IMG/VR virus record: IMGVR_UViG_3300028591_000106
Coordinates: 82,597 to 146,596 of that record
DNA length: 64,000 nt
Source of the DNA: a virus
Lineage: Duplodnaviria; Caudoviricetes
Reading direction: 5' to 3' (one strand)
Shown: positions 25,550 to 35,161 of the stretch, piece after piece
Layout of the letters: every line of letters begins with the position of its first letter
How positions within the stretch are numbered: position 1 is the stretch's first letter
Translations under genes and position numbers: made by a program
Notes under the pieces: model-generated
Databases searched by the model: none
What the model was told of the DNA's origin: nothing
The model's input: the letters and a program-made list of their open reading frames with translations, nothing else

Positions 25550-25846
25550 ATGGCTCGCATCACAGAAGAAATGAAAGTTCAAATCAATGAATTGTATTAT
25601 CGTCTAGGGGTGAAGGCGCAGGTTGCGCGTGAGCTAGGGATTAGCCCTGCGTCTGTCACTCGTTATCTTATCCCCAACTATGTTCCTGCCGCTGACCGCC
25701 AAGTTATTGAATGCAATGCGACGCCAACTATCCCTATTGATTTCATTAACGCACTTGCTGAAGGTGGTAACTTTGTTGAATTGACTAAGCTTACGGCGGC
25801 GGAGCAGATTGAAATGGAAGAGCTGAGAAAGGAGATCTATGTATGA
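25550..25846 (+). CDS. HTH DNA-binding protein
   Basis: KAQVARELGISPASVTRYL. Confidence 0.75.
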   Translation: MARITEEMKVQINELYYRLGVKAQVARELGISPASVTRYLIPNYVPAADRQVIECNATPTIPIDFINALAEGGNFVELTKLTAAEQIEMEELRKEIYV

Positions 25847-26142
25847 GTGAAGCATTTGTTGTAAAAGAAAATCCCAATGGTAAATTTATCCTCTCTCTTT
25901 CTGAACAATTCCATCAAGACTTCCCTGATTTCGTATGTCATCAGTCCTACGGCATCCTCGCGGCTCGTTTGGTGAATATGACCTATCCTACTTTTCTTCG
26001 TTATTGCGCAACTCATGGTGGCGAATTAGTTGGCAAGCAAGGTTATCCTGCTACTTACTTTAAGTCAGAGTCTGACGCAAAGGCAATCGCTAAAGAAATA
26101 AATAAAGGCTATAAAGCCTTTCGTGCAAAACTCATCCCCTAA
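25843..26142 (+). CDS. hypothetical protein
   Basis: ATGA-coupled to the HTH gene. Confidence 0.7.
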   Translation: MSEAFVVKENPNGKFILSLSEQFHQDFPDFVCHQSYGILAARLVNMTYPTFLRYCATHGGELVGKQGYPATYFKSESDAKAIAKEINKGYKAFRAKLIP

Positions 26143-26176
26143 TTTTATAGGGGGTGGGTATTTTTATATATATAGG

Positions 26177-26256
26177 GATTTTTCTCTGAAAAACCTAGAG
26201 AATCTTATAAAAAGATTTTCTCTGGAAAACCTAGAAAATCCTATAAAAGATTTTTT
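26177..26256. repeat. imperfect tandem repeat of about 36 bp, each unit with internal dyad symmetry
   Basis: GATTTTTCTCTGAAAAACCTAGAGAATCTTATAAAAA followed by GATTTTCTCTGGAAAACCTAGAAAATCCTATAAAA and GATTTTT. Confidence 0.8.
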
Positions 26257-26360
26257 GTAGAGCGCCCCATTGCTTAATTTACATAGTAGTTAGAGAAGCA
26301 ATTCTCTCTGATTGGACGGCTTAAACCAATCTTTATCTATATGCAAAAGGGGTGAAAATA

Positions 26361-27041
26361 ATGCCTACTTATAAGAGATCTGGTCCAGATGGACTTGACT
26401 ATGCGTTCCCTTCTAAGAGACCGCTTCCTCCTCCACCACCTCCACATCCACCTTGCCCAAAGCCAATTCCACCAGTACCTCCATGCCCTCCTCCTGATTG
26501 GAGTGTATATCCTTTCTATCCTCCTTATCAGGAATCAATCGAGCCTGTGGCATGTCCTCCTATTCCTGGAAGACACTTCCCACCTTGTCCTCCACCTCCT
26601 TTCTTCCCTCCTTATCCTATGCCAAAGCCTGAGAGAGTAGATGAGAGTTCTAAGAAGCTCGCAAAGCTTTCTAACAAGGCAAAGGTTCTCGTTCAGATGA
26701 TTAAGGATTTCGAGCAGAAGAATAAGCCAGCTATCCTTACCATTGGTAACCATAGCTATCAGTTTGGTACTGATGACATTATTGACTTTAATGGCGAGCC
26801 TGCAAAGGGTATGTACTCTGCAATTATTTGTGGCGATCCAATTGAGTCTCTCGATCCAGAAGATTACACTACTGACGATACTAACACCAGAGTTTCTCTT
26901 AAGGATCCTCAAGATCTTCTTCAGTCTGAGCTTGCAAGAGTCCGTCAGGAAATTACTCTTGTCGCTGCAGCTCTTAATGAGGAAGTTCAGGAGCCTACTG
27001 CAGGTGGAGCAGCAGTTCCTGGCACTGATGAATAGCACTGA
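26361..27041 (+). CDS. Pro/Cys-rich hypothetical protein (terminal TAG read through to TGA)
   Basis: PPPPPPHPPCPKPIPPVPPCPPP N-terminus followed by a helical C-terminal half. Confidence 0.75.
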
Positions 27042-27057
27042 TTTTTAATATAACTTC

Positions 27058-27085
27058 GGGGTTGCTTTTGCAGCCCCATTTTTTT
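27058..27085 (+). terminator. intrinsic terminator
   Basis: GGGGTTGC/GCAGCCCC stem plus T tract. Confidence 0.8.
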
Positions 27086-27095
27086 AATTAAGAAT

Positions 27096-27124
27096 TTGAC
27101 TTTTTATTAAAATTATGGTATAAT
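27096..27124 (+). promoter_or_regulatory. sigmaA-type promoter
   Basis: TTGACT-N17-TATAAT. Confidence 0.8.
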
Positions 27125-27140
27125 TATTTTATGAAAGGGG

Positions 27141-27422
27141 ATGAAAGAGATGATAAATCCAAACACTTTACTTATGGAAAATACTCTAAAATCTTCCTTT
27201 GATGTCGTTGTTACATTAATCAATCGTTATGGAGAAGAGAAGGAGATGCACTTCAAGAAGAAGCGTAAGGACTTCTTGCGAGAAAACTATGCTGGTACTA
27301 AGCATGTCGTTCTCGTGGACAACTATCCACCAACGCCAATGGAAGATGGCGTATACTATATTAAGCGCAATGGAAAAACCGTCTGGATCCGAATGAGCGA
27401 GGCTGAGTTTGACGGATCTTGA
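27141..27422 (+). CDS. hypothetical protein
   Basis: First ORF after the promoter, SD present. Confidence 0.65.
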   Translation: MKEMINPNTLLMENTLKSSFDVVVTLINRYGEEKEMHFKKKRKDFLRENYAGTKHVVLVDNYPPTPMEDGVYYIKRNGKTVWIRMSEAEFDGS

Positions 27423-27456
27423 CGAAAAAAATGCAGCTCATTTGGGAGGAATAATA

Positions 27457-27786
27457 ATGGCACTCGATCCGTATAAGTTATTTAATACCGGCTTTTACAA
27501 ATCCGACCGCATTATGCCGGCGCATAAGTGTAATCTGTGTATTATAACAATGAGAGAAGTCCCTGACGGTAAGGGAGACAACCACTTCCAAAAGGTCAAG
27601 GAAGAGTGGGTAACAATCAATGGCAATGAGTTCAGGAAAGAGATGATGGAAGATCTTAAGAATAAGATCAAGAGAGAAATTGAATTGGTTTATGAAAAGC
27701 CTGATAAGTTTGTCTTTAATAGATTCTATCTTCTTGCAACAAGACATACTATGTGGGTTTGGACTCTTGAGCCAACAGAGGACTAA
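27457..27786 (+). CDS. hypothetical protein
   Basis: GGAGG SD before ATG 27457. Confidence 0.65.
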   Translation: MALDPYKLFNTGFYKSDRIMPAHKCNLCIITMREVPDGKGDNHFQKVKEEWVTINGNEFRKEMMEDLKNKIKREIELVYEKPDKFVFNRFYLLATRHTMWVWTLEPTED

Positions 27787-27798
27787 GGAGGAATAGCA

Positions 27799-28242
27799 AT
27801 GAAAAAGTTTCCTATGGCAAAAGAAGCAGCTTCTTTAAGACCAGAAGATTTGGAAATGTGGGGCTTGGAACAAGATTTGAAGGAAATTAAGAAACAGATC
27901 TTTTGGGCGATCCTAGCTGGGAAAAACTATGTTACAAGAACTACTTTACGCAATATTACAAAATCCTTTTTGATTGAACAAGGCTATTATGTTGTTGAAG
28001 ATCAGGACTTTTATGTTATTTATTGGGCATTCAAGCCTAGTAAACTGAAAGACAGAGATGTAAATAAAGATTTCAAAAAGTATGCAACTGGCGGCGTAGT
28101 GAACTTCAATTCTATTTGCACTAAAGATGAAGGATTTATGTGCAGTAATGATCGTATTGACTATAATTTGCCAGATGAAAATGTGATAAGAGAGCTTGCT
28201 GACAAGATTCAGAATAAAAAATTCGACAATCTAAAAATTTGA
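27799..28242 (+). CDS. hypothetical protein, member of the local GY..W paralog family
   Basis: QIFWAILAGK..FLIEQGYYV..VIYW. Confidence 0.7.
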   Translation: MKKFPMAKEAASLRPEDLEMWGLEQDLKEIKKQIFWAILAGKNYVTRTTLRNITKSFLIEQGYYVVEDQDFYVIYWAFKPSKLKDRDVNKDFKKYATGGVVNFNSICTKDEGFMCSNDRIDYNLPDENVIRELADKIQNKKFDNLKI

Positions 28243-28267
28243 CTTTTTGAAAAATTTTTGTTAAAAT
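28239..28267 (+). promoter_or_regulatory. sigmaA-type promoter
   Basis: TTGACT-N17-TAAAAT. Confidence 0.6.
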
Positions 28268-28307
28268 CACGCGCCCGCGCGCATATTATAATAGTATAAG
28301 GAGTTTA

Positions 28308-28553
28308 GTGATGAAGTCATTATTTAGATATCTAGGTTGGATGATAGTAACCACTAATTGTTTACTGGTTTTTTGGACTGGTGTTGTATATCTACTATGG
28401 GGAGATAATTTACTCCAAAGGGTAGAAGGTATTTGTGGTATTGTTAATACCGTTATAATTATGATAATAGCTTGTTTATATCAAGATCAGAAAGATGAAG
28501 TCCGAGATACAAAATATAAGCCAAAGCATATGGCAAGGAGAGGAAGGGAGTGA
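28308..28553 (+). CDS. two-TM membrane protein
   Basis: Hydrophobic segments, AAGGAG SD. Confidence 0.6.
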   Translation: MMKSLFRYLGWMIVTTNCLLVFWTGVVYLLWGDNLLQRVEGICGIVNTVIIMIIACLYQDQKDEVRDTKYKPKHMARRGRE

Positions 28554-29104
28554 ATTTTTTAGTTATTGATACAGAGACAACTTATTAGAGAAAGTTGATG
28601 ACAGTCGGCGCAGTTGTGGCAAATGAATAGTTTGAAATTGTTGACTAGATTTATTTGATGTCATTCGGTGCTTATATGTAGGGCGGCTTATATAAGGATA
28701 GAGTTTATAAAACAAGCCTTTGTCCAAATAAAATGCACACATCGGAGATGCTTGAAACTATTAGAAAGTTTTATGATAAGCACGAATGTGAAATGGTCTT
28801 CGCCTATAATGCTCCTTTTGATAAGAAATTGATCACTTCTTTGCCGCCAGATTAGTGGTATGACATCATGAAGATAGCTGCGTACCGACAGCATAATCCG
28901 CATCTTCCGGACAGCGAAGAGTATTGCGGCACAGGTAGACTAAAGAAGGATTATAATGCTGAGAGACTTTATAAGTTGCTATCAGGAAATAGTAGCTATA
29001 AAGAACTTCACAATGCCTTCTAGGATGCGTGTGATGAATTAGCTATTATGAAAATGATGAAAATTCCATTAGATGTTTATAAAGAGAATGCGAGGGTTGA
29101 ATGA
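28550..29104 (+). CDS. DEDDh 3'-5' exonuclease (6 TAG; absent from the ORF track)
   Basis: FLVIDTETT, FAYNAPFD, ELHNAF(Q)DACDE. Confidence 0.85.
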
Positions 29105-29262
29105 TGCCGTTTTTCTATAATGTCCATCCACCTAACTTATTCTGTGCAATATTGCTATTAGTAGTTGTATTAGTTTATTTAGGCGTGGCAATATGGATGG
29201 TATTGGACTTCACAAAAGAATCAAGAGCAGAAAAGAAAAGGAAGAAAAGGGAGAAGAAATAA
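29101..29262 (+). CDS. small membrane protein
   Basis: 53 aa, one TM plus basic tail, coupled to both neighbours. Confidence 0.5.
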   Translation: MMPFFYNVHPPNLFCAILLLVVVLVYLGVAIWMVLDFTKESRAEKKRKKREKK

Positions 29263-29444
29263 TGGAATGGGTAAGATATGATGATGTTATGGATCTGCTG
29301 CAAGAAGCACGAGAAGAAGGTCCTTGTGACATAAGATCACTTATTTGGAGACTGGACAATTTGGATTCAATTACTACTGATGAAGATGAAATGCCTCATG
29401 AAATAAAAGCAATCAATTTTAATTCAAGAGGGGGATTAGAGTAA
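29262..29444 (+). CDS. hypothetical protein
   Basis: TAATG coupling. Confidence 0.55.
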   Translation: MEWVRYDDVMDLLQEAREEGPCDIRSLIWRLDNLDSITTDEDEMPHEIKAINFNSRGGLE

Positions 29445-29710
29445 TGTTTATCGAAATTGGCGCAGGCTTCTATAATACTGAAGATATTCGATGGATACAA
29501 AAGTGGGGCGGCGAATCAATTACCATTGCATTCAAAGGCGAAAATGATGCGAATGCTATGGATATTGAATTTGAAAGCGAAGAAGAGCGCGATAAAGAGT
29601 GGGAGAAAATCAGTTCTCAATTAGTTTATGCGCTAATTATTCAAGCGCCGTCTTAGCGTAAAAATCCATTCTATGCGGATTGGGATAATAATGGTGCTAC
29701 ACCGGTATAA
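29444..29710 (+). CDS. hypothetical protein (1 TAG)
   Basis: Reads through TAG to TAA inside the terminator. Confidence 0.6.
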
Positions 29711-29733
29711 CTTTATGTTATACCGGATTTTTC
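29702..29733 (+). terminator. intrinsic terminator
   Basis: CCGGTATAAC/GTTATACCGG stem plus T tract. Confidence 0.75.
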
Positions 29734-29744
29734 TTTATAAAAAC

Positions 29745-29773
29745 TTGACAAAAAATTCAATCTATGATATAAT
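29745..29773 (+). promoter_or_regulatory. sigmaA-type promoter (perfect consensus)
   Basis: TTGACA-N17-TATAAT. Confidence 0.85.
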
Positions 29774-29806
29774 ATATATGTAAGAAATTAAAAAGGAGGC
29801 ATAAGA

Positions 29807-31669
29807 ATGAGCGTTGTGTTGTCAGATGAACAAATGAGTTTTATCGGCAAAGCACTTAGCGGCAAGAACATTCTTGTTGATGCCTGTATTGGTAGTGGAA
29901 AGACTACTACTATTCAAGCTTTGTGCAATGCAATGAAAAAGAAGAGTATTCTTTATCTCACTTACAACAGACTTCTTAAACTGGATGCTAAGGATAAGAT
30001 TAAGAATACGAATGTAACGGTACAAAATTATCACGGGTTTGCTTACTCCCAGCTCGTGGCACAGAAGATTCGTTGTGGAGTTGGAGAGCTTATCCGTACT
30101 TACAACCGTGTTAAGCCACCTTGCCGCAAGAAGTATGATGTTTTGATCCTTGACGAGTATCAGGATATCGACGAGGATATCTCCAAGATGCTCTACACAC
30201 TCAAGGAAAAGTTCCCTAATATGCAGCTTATTGCTGTTGGCGATATGGCACAGAAGATTTATGACTACACCGCTCTTGATGTCGAAGCATTCATCAATGA
30301 TTTTCTTGGCAACTTTGAGAGAATGACTTTTACTCGTTGCTTCCGCCTTAGTGATGTGTATGCCGCGGCAATCGGACACGCTTGGGGCAAGCCGATTATC
30401 GGAGTCAATACTGACTGTGAAGTTGAGGTTCATGATGAAGAGTATATCTACAATTTCTTGAAAGATCACGAGCCTAGAGAGATTCTTTGCTTGGGCGCGC
30501 GTACTGGTAAAATGGTTGATATGCTCAATCGTCTTGAATCAGATTTCCCTCAGAAGTTTAACAAGTACACGGTTTATGCATCTATCTCTGATACCGATAA
30601 GGGAAGAGTTGATCCTAACAGCTCTGTTGGTATCTTTACTACTTTTGATTCTTCAAAAGGATTGGAGAGAGACATTTGTGTAATCTTTGACTATGACTCT
30701 GCTTATTGGAGCACTCGTAGCACTAAGCCGAACACTCGTTATGAGATTCTGCGTAACATCTTTCTTGTGGCGGCAAGTCGCGGTAAGAGAAAAATTATCT
30801 TCTGCGGCAATGAATCAAGTGTTCTTTCTTTTGCAGAAGTTGCTACGCCTTTTAATGAGGGACATGACTTCACCAAGCCTTTCAATATCTCCACTATGTT
30901 CGACTACAAATATCGTGAAGATATTGAAGCTACCTTTGAGAATCTTGAAATCAAAGAGATTGAGCTTCCTCTTTCTGACGAGATCAAGGTTAAGCCTGTT
31001 GATGGACTGATCGACATGGGACCTTGCATCGGCTTGTTTACAGAAGCCTGCTACTTCACCAAGTACAGTATTGATGATACTATTAGCTTCCAGTGGCAGA
31101 TTGATAGAAAGATGAAGTATGATGATGATGTCGAGCAGCTTTCTTCTGAAGATCTCATGGGTAAGATTCGTTATTCTACTTATCTTTCTACTAAGCAGCG
31201 TCGTTACTTCACGCAAAGCCGCAAGATCTTTGTCAATGAAGAAGAAGAAGCTAGCATTAAAGAGCGTTTGAGTTCTGTTCTGCCGGCGAGCTGTGAAACG
31301 CAGCGTTACTGTCATCTCGATTCTTCCTACGAAGATGATGAGGGGCAGACTCAAACTCTGTCTATCGTTGGTCTTACGGATGAAATCTATGAGGGTATTG
31401 TTTATGAGTTGAAGTTTGTTTCTGAACTTTCCCATGAACATTTCCTTCAGCTTGCAGCTTATATGGCGGCATTGAATGTTCCTGTTGGTAGAATTTGGAA
31501 TATTCGTTTTAACAAGATGTATGAAGTCAGAATCAAAGACAGAGATAAATTCCTCGATGATGTTGTAACTACCATTACAAAAGGCTATGTCCAACATTTT
31601 ATTCCAAGTGATAAAAAGCGAGATGTAGCCACCGCAAGTTTTGCTAATAGTCATAGATATGAGGTGTAA
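29807..31669 (+). CDS. SF1 helicase fused to a C-terminal PD-(D/E)XK nuclease
   Basis: GSGKTT, LDEYQD, VGDMAQ, SSKGLE, VAASR; C-terminal GLTD..VYELKF..QLAAY. Confidence 0.85.
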   Translation: MSVVLSDEQMSFIGKALSGKNILVDACIGSGKTTTIQALCNAMKKKSILYLTYNRLLKLDAKDKIKNTNVTVQNYHGFAYSQLVAQKIRCGVGELIRTYNRVKPPCRKKYDVLILDEYQDIDEDISKMLYTLKEKFPNMQLIAVGDMAQKIYDYTALDVEAFINDFLGNFERMTFTRCFRLSDVYAAAIGHAWGKPIIGVNTDCEVEVHDEEYIYNFLKDHEPREILCLGARTGKMVDMLNRLESDFPQKFNKYTVYASISDTDKGRVDPNSSVGIFTTFDSSKGLERDICVIFDYDSAYWSTRSTKPNTRYEILRNIFLVAASRGKRKIIFCGNESSVLSFAEVATPFNEGHDFTKPFNISTMFDYKYREDIEATFENLEIKEIELPLSDEIKVKPVDGLIDMGPCIGLFTEACYFTKYSIDDTISFQWQIDRKMKYDDDVEQLSSEDLMGKIRYSTYLSTKQRRYFTQSRKIFVNEEEEASIKERLSSVLPASCETQRYCHLDSSYEDDEGQTQTLSIVGLTDEIYEGIVYELKFVSELSHEHFLQLAAYMAALNVPVGRIWNIRFNKMYEVRIKDRDKFLDDVVTTITKGYVQHFIPSDKKRDVATASFANSHRYEV

Positions 31670-31672
31670 GGT

Positions 31673-31870
31673 ATGCATGTAATCTGCATGAATGAAAAAT
31701 GTTTAGATGAGGGCGCCTGCGATTACTGTGATGCAAGGTGCCCTAACTATACTGATGAAGAAAGTCTTCTCAGAGTTATAAATGCCCAACCCAATAAAGA
31801 TTTAATTGTCGCGGCGGCGCATAAAGTAGCTATGCTGAAGATATTGCAAGAAGGAGACCAAGAAAAGTAA
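31673..31870 (+). CDS. small Cys-rich protein
   Basis: Five Cys in the N-terminal 24 aa. Confidence 0.55.
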   Translation: MHVICMNEKCLDEGACDYCDARCPNYTDEESLLRVINAQPNKDLIVAAAHKVAMLKILQEGDQEK

Positions 31871-32472
31871 TGAGACCTCTATATTATCAAGGAAAAGAAA
31901 TTCGTGATGAAGGCGATTATTTCGCAATGAAAGAGTGCCTTCGTAAAGAAAAATAGAGCGTGGCTGATTTTATATACCATTGCGAAGAGTGGGCATTGAA
32001 ATGCATTGGAGATTTTGGAGACCATGACTATCTTTGTGACAGAGAACTTAAAGAAATGCAAGCTCTTTGTATAAATATCTTTGTTTGGGGCTTTTATGAT
32101 GGTGACTATATTGTTCAGCCATATTTGACATTTGATTGTCATGGACATGAAATTAAGCCGCGTGACGGAGAAAAGTTTTATATTACCTGTTATGAAAAGG
32201 GAGAGAGGAAATATATAACAAATGACGGTGAAAAACCGTTTTATCAGTCAAGCGGGCATTTTATCTATAAGATTAACAATAAGTTTTATAGGATTCCTTT
32301 TTTAGTGAAGTGGGATACTGGTAAAGATAGTGGTAATCCTTTTTTCTTCAGACCAAATTTTGATGAAATAACTAGAGTATATCCAGTTTCTAAAACAGTA
32401 GTCACTTGGCAAGAAGAACCAGAAGATGAAGAAAAGAAAGACAATACTACTGTTTACGAAATATCATGGTAA
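31870..32472 (+). CDS. hypothetical protein (1 TAG)
   Basis: TAATG-coupled start in frame with ORF 31960-32472. Confidence 0.7.
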
Positions 32473-32476
32473 AAAT

Positions 32477-32505
32477 TTGACTTTTTATAAAAAATATGAT
32501 ATACT
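32477..32505 (+). promoter_or_regulatory. sigmaA-type promoter
   Basis: TTGACT-N17-TATACT. Confidence 0.8.
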
Positions 32506-32542
32506 TATTATAGAAAGTTAAGGAAAGGAAAGTGATGCGAAA

Positions 32543-33451
32543 ATGGATCAGAAAAAGTATGTTGACATCGAGCGTCTGAAGGACAAGTATGCAATGGCTT
32601 TTAAGGCTGGAGAGCACATCACTGTATCTGAAAAGATTGACGGTGCAAATGCATCTATCCGCTATGATGCGGAGACAGGTTCTCTTGCAGCTTTTTCTCG
32701 TCGTCAGCGACTGACCGAGGATAACAACCTGCAGGGATTCTATGCTTATGTTCTGACTCTTGATCCGGTAAAGTGGGCAGATGTAACTTCTAACGGTCGT
32801 TTCATCGTTTTCGGCGAATGGCTTGTAAAGCACACTATCAAGTATCCGGATGACCTCATGCGTAAGTTCTATGTATTTGATGTTTGGGATACTGAGGCTG
32901 AGCAGTATGTTCCTTGGTTCCTGACCTATCAGATCGCACAGGCACTCGGACTGAAGACTGTACCGATTTTCTATGATGGTGAGTTTACTTCTTGGGAAGA
33001 CCTGTACGCACTTGTCGGTCGTACCGAGATGCAGGCTGAGCCTACTGGCGAAGGTATCGTTATCAAGTCTCAGGATCGTCTTGATAACAAGTTCTCTGGT
33101 ACTCCTGCATATGTAAAGATCGTTGCTAAGGAGTTCTCTGAGGTTCATCAGAGCAAGCCGCAGAAGGAGATTGATCCTGCTAAGATTGCTGCAAAGCAGG
33201 CGGCAGAAGCACAGGTCGAGACTATTGTCACTCAGCGTCGTGTTGAGAAGACTATTCAGAAGTTTGTTGAGGACAATCTTATTCCTGAAGATTGGGACGA
33301 GAAGAGCCTTGGTGCGATCGCTAAGATCCTTCCTCGTGCAGTTTATGATGACTGTGTAAAGGAAGAGCCTGAGACTGTTGCTCAGATTGAGAATTTCGGT
33401 AAGCTGTGCGCTCAGGTTGCAATGAAGCACGCTCGTGCGCTGGTAAAGTGA
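32543..33451 (+). CDS. ATP-dependent RNA ligase, Rnl2-like family
   Basis: EKIDGAN (motif I), FGEW, FYVFDV, EGIVIK, YVKIV. Confidence 0.88.
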   Translation: MDQKKYVDIERLKDKYAMAFKAGEHITVSEKIDGANASIRYDAETGSLAAFSRRQRLTEDNNLQGFYAYVLTLDPVKWADVTSNGRFIVFGEWLVKHTIKYPDDLMRKFYVFDVWDTEAEQYVPWFLTYQIAQALGLKTVPIFYDGEFTSWEDLYALVGRTEMQAEPTGEGIVIKSQDRLDNKFSGTPAYVKIVAKEFSEVHQSKPQKEIDPAKIAAKQAAEAQVETIVTQRRVEKTIQKFVEDNLIPEDWDEKSLGAIAKILPRAVYDDCVKEEPETVAQIENFGKLCAQVAMKHARALVK

Positions 33452-33458
33452 GGTTAAT

Positions 33459-33632
33459 ATGGGCGATTTTTTTGAAACAATTATTAAGCTGATCTTTGCA
33501 TGGGCGGCTTGGGCATTCATTATCTGGATTGTTTGTCTAATGTTTGGTTTAACATGGACAGCAAAAGCCGTATGGATTGCCCTTATTATTGATATCGTTG
33601 TAAGCGGTATTTATAAAATTATTACTGATTAA
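33459..33632 (+). CDS. small two-TM protein
   Basis: 57-aa hydrophobic ORF with GAGG SD. Confidence 0.55.
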   Translation: MGDFFETIIKLIFAWAAWAFIIWIVCLMFGLTWTAKAVWIALIIDIVVSGIYKIITD

Positions 33633-33644
33633 GGAGAAATAACT

Positions 33645-34529
33645 ATGGGATTTTTTACAAATAAAGACGGAGATATTAAGATCGGAAGTATTGTGTTTTC
33701 TGCTGTTGTCGCAGTTGCGGCAGCAGCTACACTCATTTCCGCTTGTGAAGAGGTGCCGACTGGTCATACCGGTGTGCAGGTCGTAATGGGTTCTGTTCAG
33801 ACAGAAACACTTGACTCCGGTTTCCATTTGAAGACACCTTTTGTATGTGATGTTGTCGAAGTGGATAATAGGATTCAGAAGATTGAAGTCGATGCAAGTG
33901 CGGTTTCAAAGGACTTGCAGGATATTGCAGCTACTATTGCAATTAACTTCCACCTTGCCCCTGAGGCATCGGTATCTATGTATAAGAGCGTAGGTCTATC
34001 TTATGAGGACTCTATCCTTCAGCCGGCAATTCAGGAAGCTACCAAGTCTATCATGGCGCAGTACAGAGCTGAAGAGCTGATTCAGAGACGCGGCGAAGTA
34101 TCTGTTGCTATTGCTGACCTGATTACTTCTAAGGTCGGAGACTATGGTATTGTAGTCGATGAATTTAACCTGACTAACTTCAGCTTCTCAAAGGCATTTG
34201 ACGATGCTATTGAAGCGAAACTGGTTGCAGAGCAAAACAAGATTAAGGCGGCTACAGAAAACGAGCAGAGAGTTGCAGCTGCTGAAGCTGATGCGGCAGA
34301 AGCAAAGGCTCGTGCAGAAGGTGAAGCCGAAGCTGCAAAGATTAAGGCACAGGGTGAAGCTGAAGCTATTAAGGCAAAGGCTGACGCTGAAGCCGAAGCT
34401 AACCGTAAGATTAGCGAGTCTATTACTCCTGAGCTGATCGACTACAATCGTATCGAGTCTTGGGATGGTAAGCTGCCTTCTGTTATGAGTGGCAGTAATG
34501 GCAATGTAATCGTTGATGCTACTACCTAA
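33645..34529 (+). CDS. SPFH/band-7 (prohibitin-like) membrane protein
   Basis: N-terminal TM, VPTGHTGV, SKDLQ, FSFSKAFDDAIEAK, Ala/Glu coiled coil, WDGKLP. Confidence 0.92.
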   Translation: MGFFTNKDGDIKIGSIVFSAVVAVAAAATLISACEEVPTGHTGVQVVMGSVQTETLDSGFHLKTPFVCDVVEVDNRIQKIEVDASAVSKDLQDIAATIAINFHLAPEASVSMYKSVGLSYEDSILQPAIQEATKSIMAQYRAEELIQRRGEVSVAIADLITSKVGDYGIVVDEFNLTNFSFSKAFDDAIEAKLVAEQNKIKAATENEQRVAAAEADAAEAKARAEGEAEAAKIKAQGEAEAIKAKADAEAEANRKISESITPELIDYNRIESWDGKLPSVMSGSNGNVIVDATT

Positions 34530-34540
34530 TGAGGTGAATA

Positions 34541-34990
34541 ATGGATTATCCTAGAATAGAAAACGCAAGGATTAAGTCTACCTCTATTTCTATGGCTGAT
34601 CATGGATGTCTGACCATTTCCCTCAATGTAGAGGGAAGTGGTTGGGGCTGTAATATCGGTGGTTGGTGTAATGGTGTAGGACATCTTGGTGCTACATTAT
34701 GGAAAGGTAATGGTAGTGCCATTGTTGCTATGATGAAAATTATGGATATAGTTGGAGTATCTACTTGGGATGAACTTAAAGGAAAACTTATTAGAGTAGA
34801 AATCCCTAGTCCCGGCGCCTGCACTATTTCTAAAATTGGCAATATTATTGAGGATGAATGGTTTGACTTAAAAGCATTTTATGCAACTGATACAGGTCAG
34901 GCTACTTTTATCCTTGATGAAACGCCGCCAGAAGAAGAAGAGAGTGGTTGGTGGGATGATGATCCTTCTGCTGAGATTCATGGAAGGTGA
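34541..34990 (+). CDS. hypothetical protein (paralog of 57444-57752)
   Basis: Shared W..LKG..IR..IGNI....W. Confidence 0.75.
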   Translation: MDYPRIENARIKSTSISMADHGCLTISLNVEGSGWGCNIGGWCNGVGHLGATLWKGNGSAIVAMMKIMDIVGVSTWDELKGKLIRVEIPSPGACTISKIGNIIEDEWFDLKAFYATDTGQATFILDETPPEEEESGWWDDDPSAEIHGR

Positions 34991-34996
34991 GTACTA

Positions 34997-35161
34997 ATGA
35001 CTTTACCAGAAGCGATTTAGCATTTACAAGAAACTTTAGCTGATCCTAACCATTTTTCCTGTGAAGAGTGTAGGCAAGAACATGAATAGCTTCTTGCATG
35101 GCTTATTGAACTTTATTCAAGAAGACTACGAGACAAAGAAATAAGGTTGGGATAGGTATGA
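34997..35161 (+). CDS. small conserved phage protein (3 TAG)
   Basis: CRQEHE(Q)LLAWLIEL matches the common EHxQLxxWLxEL phage motif. Confidence 0.65.

Noticed and set aside
26177-26256. CRISPR mini-array
   Set aside because: The units are directly adjacent with no spacers, and no cas genes are present.
11385-26297. Late promoter motif TTAC..TAGAG upstream of 11447, 21606 and 26361
   Set aside because: Only three AT-rich instances with inconsistent spacing; not supportable without TSS data.
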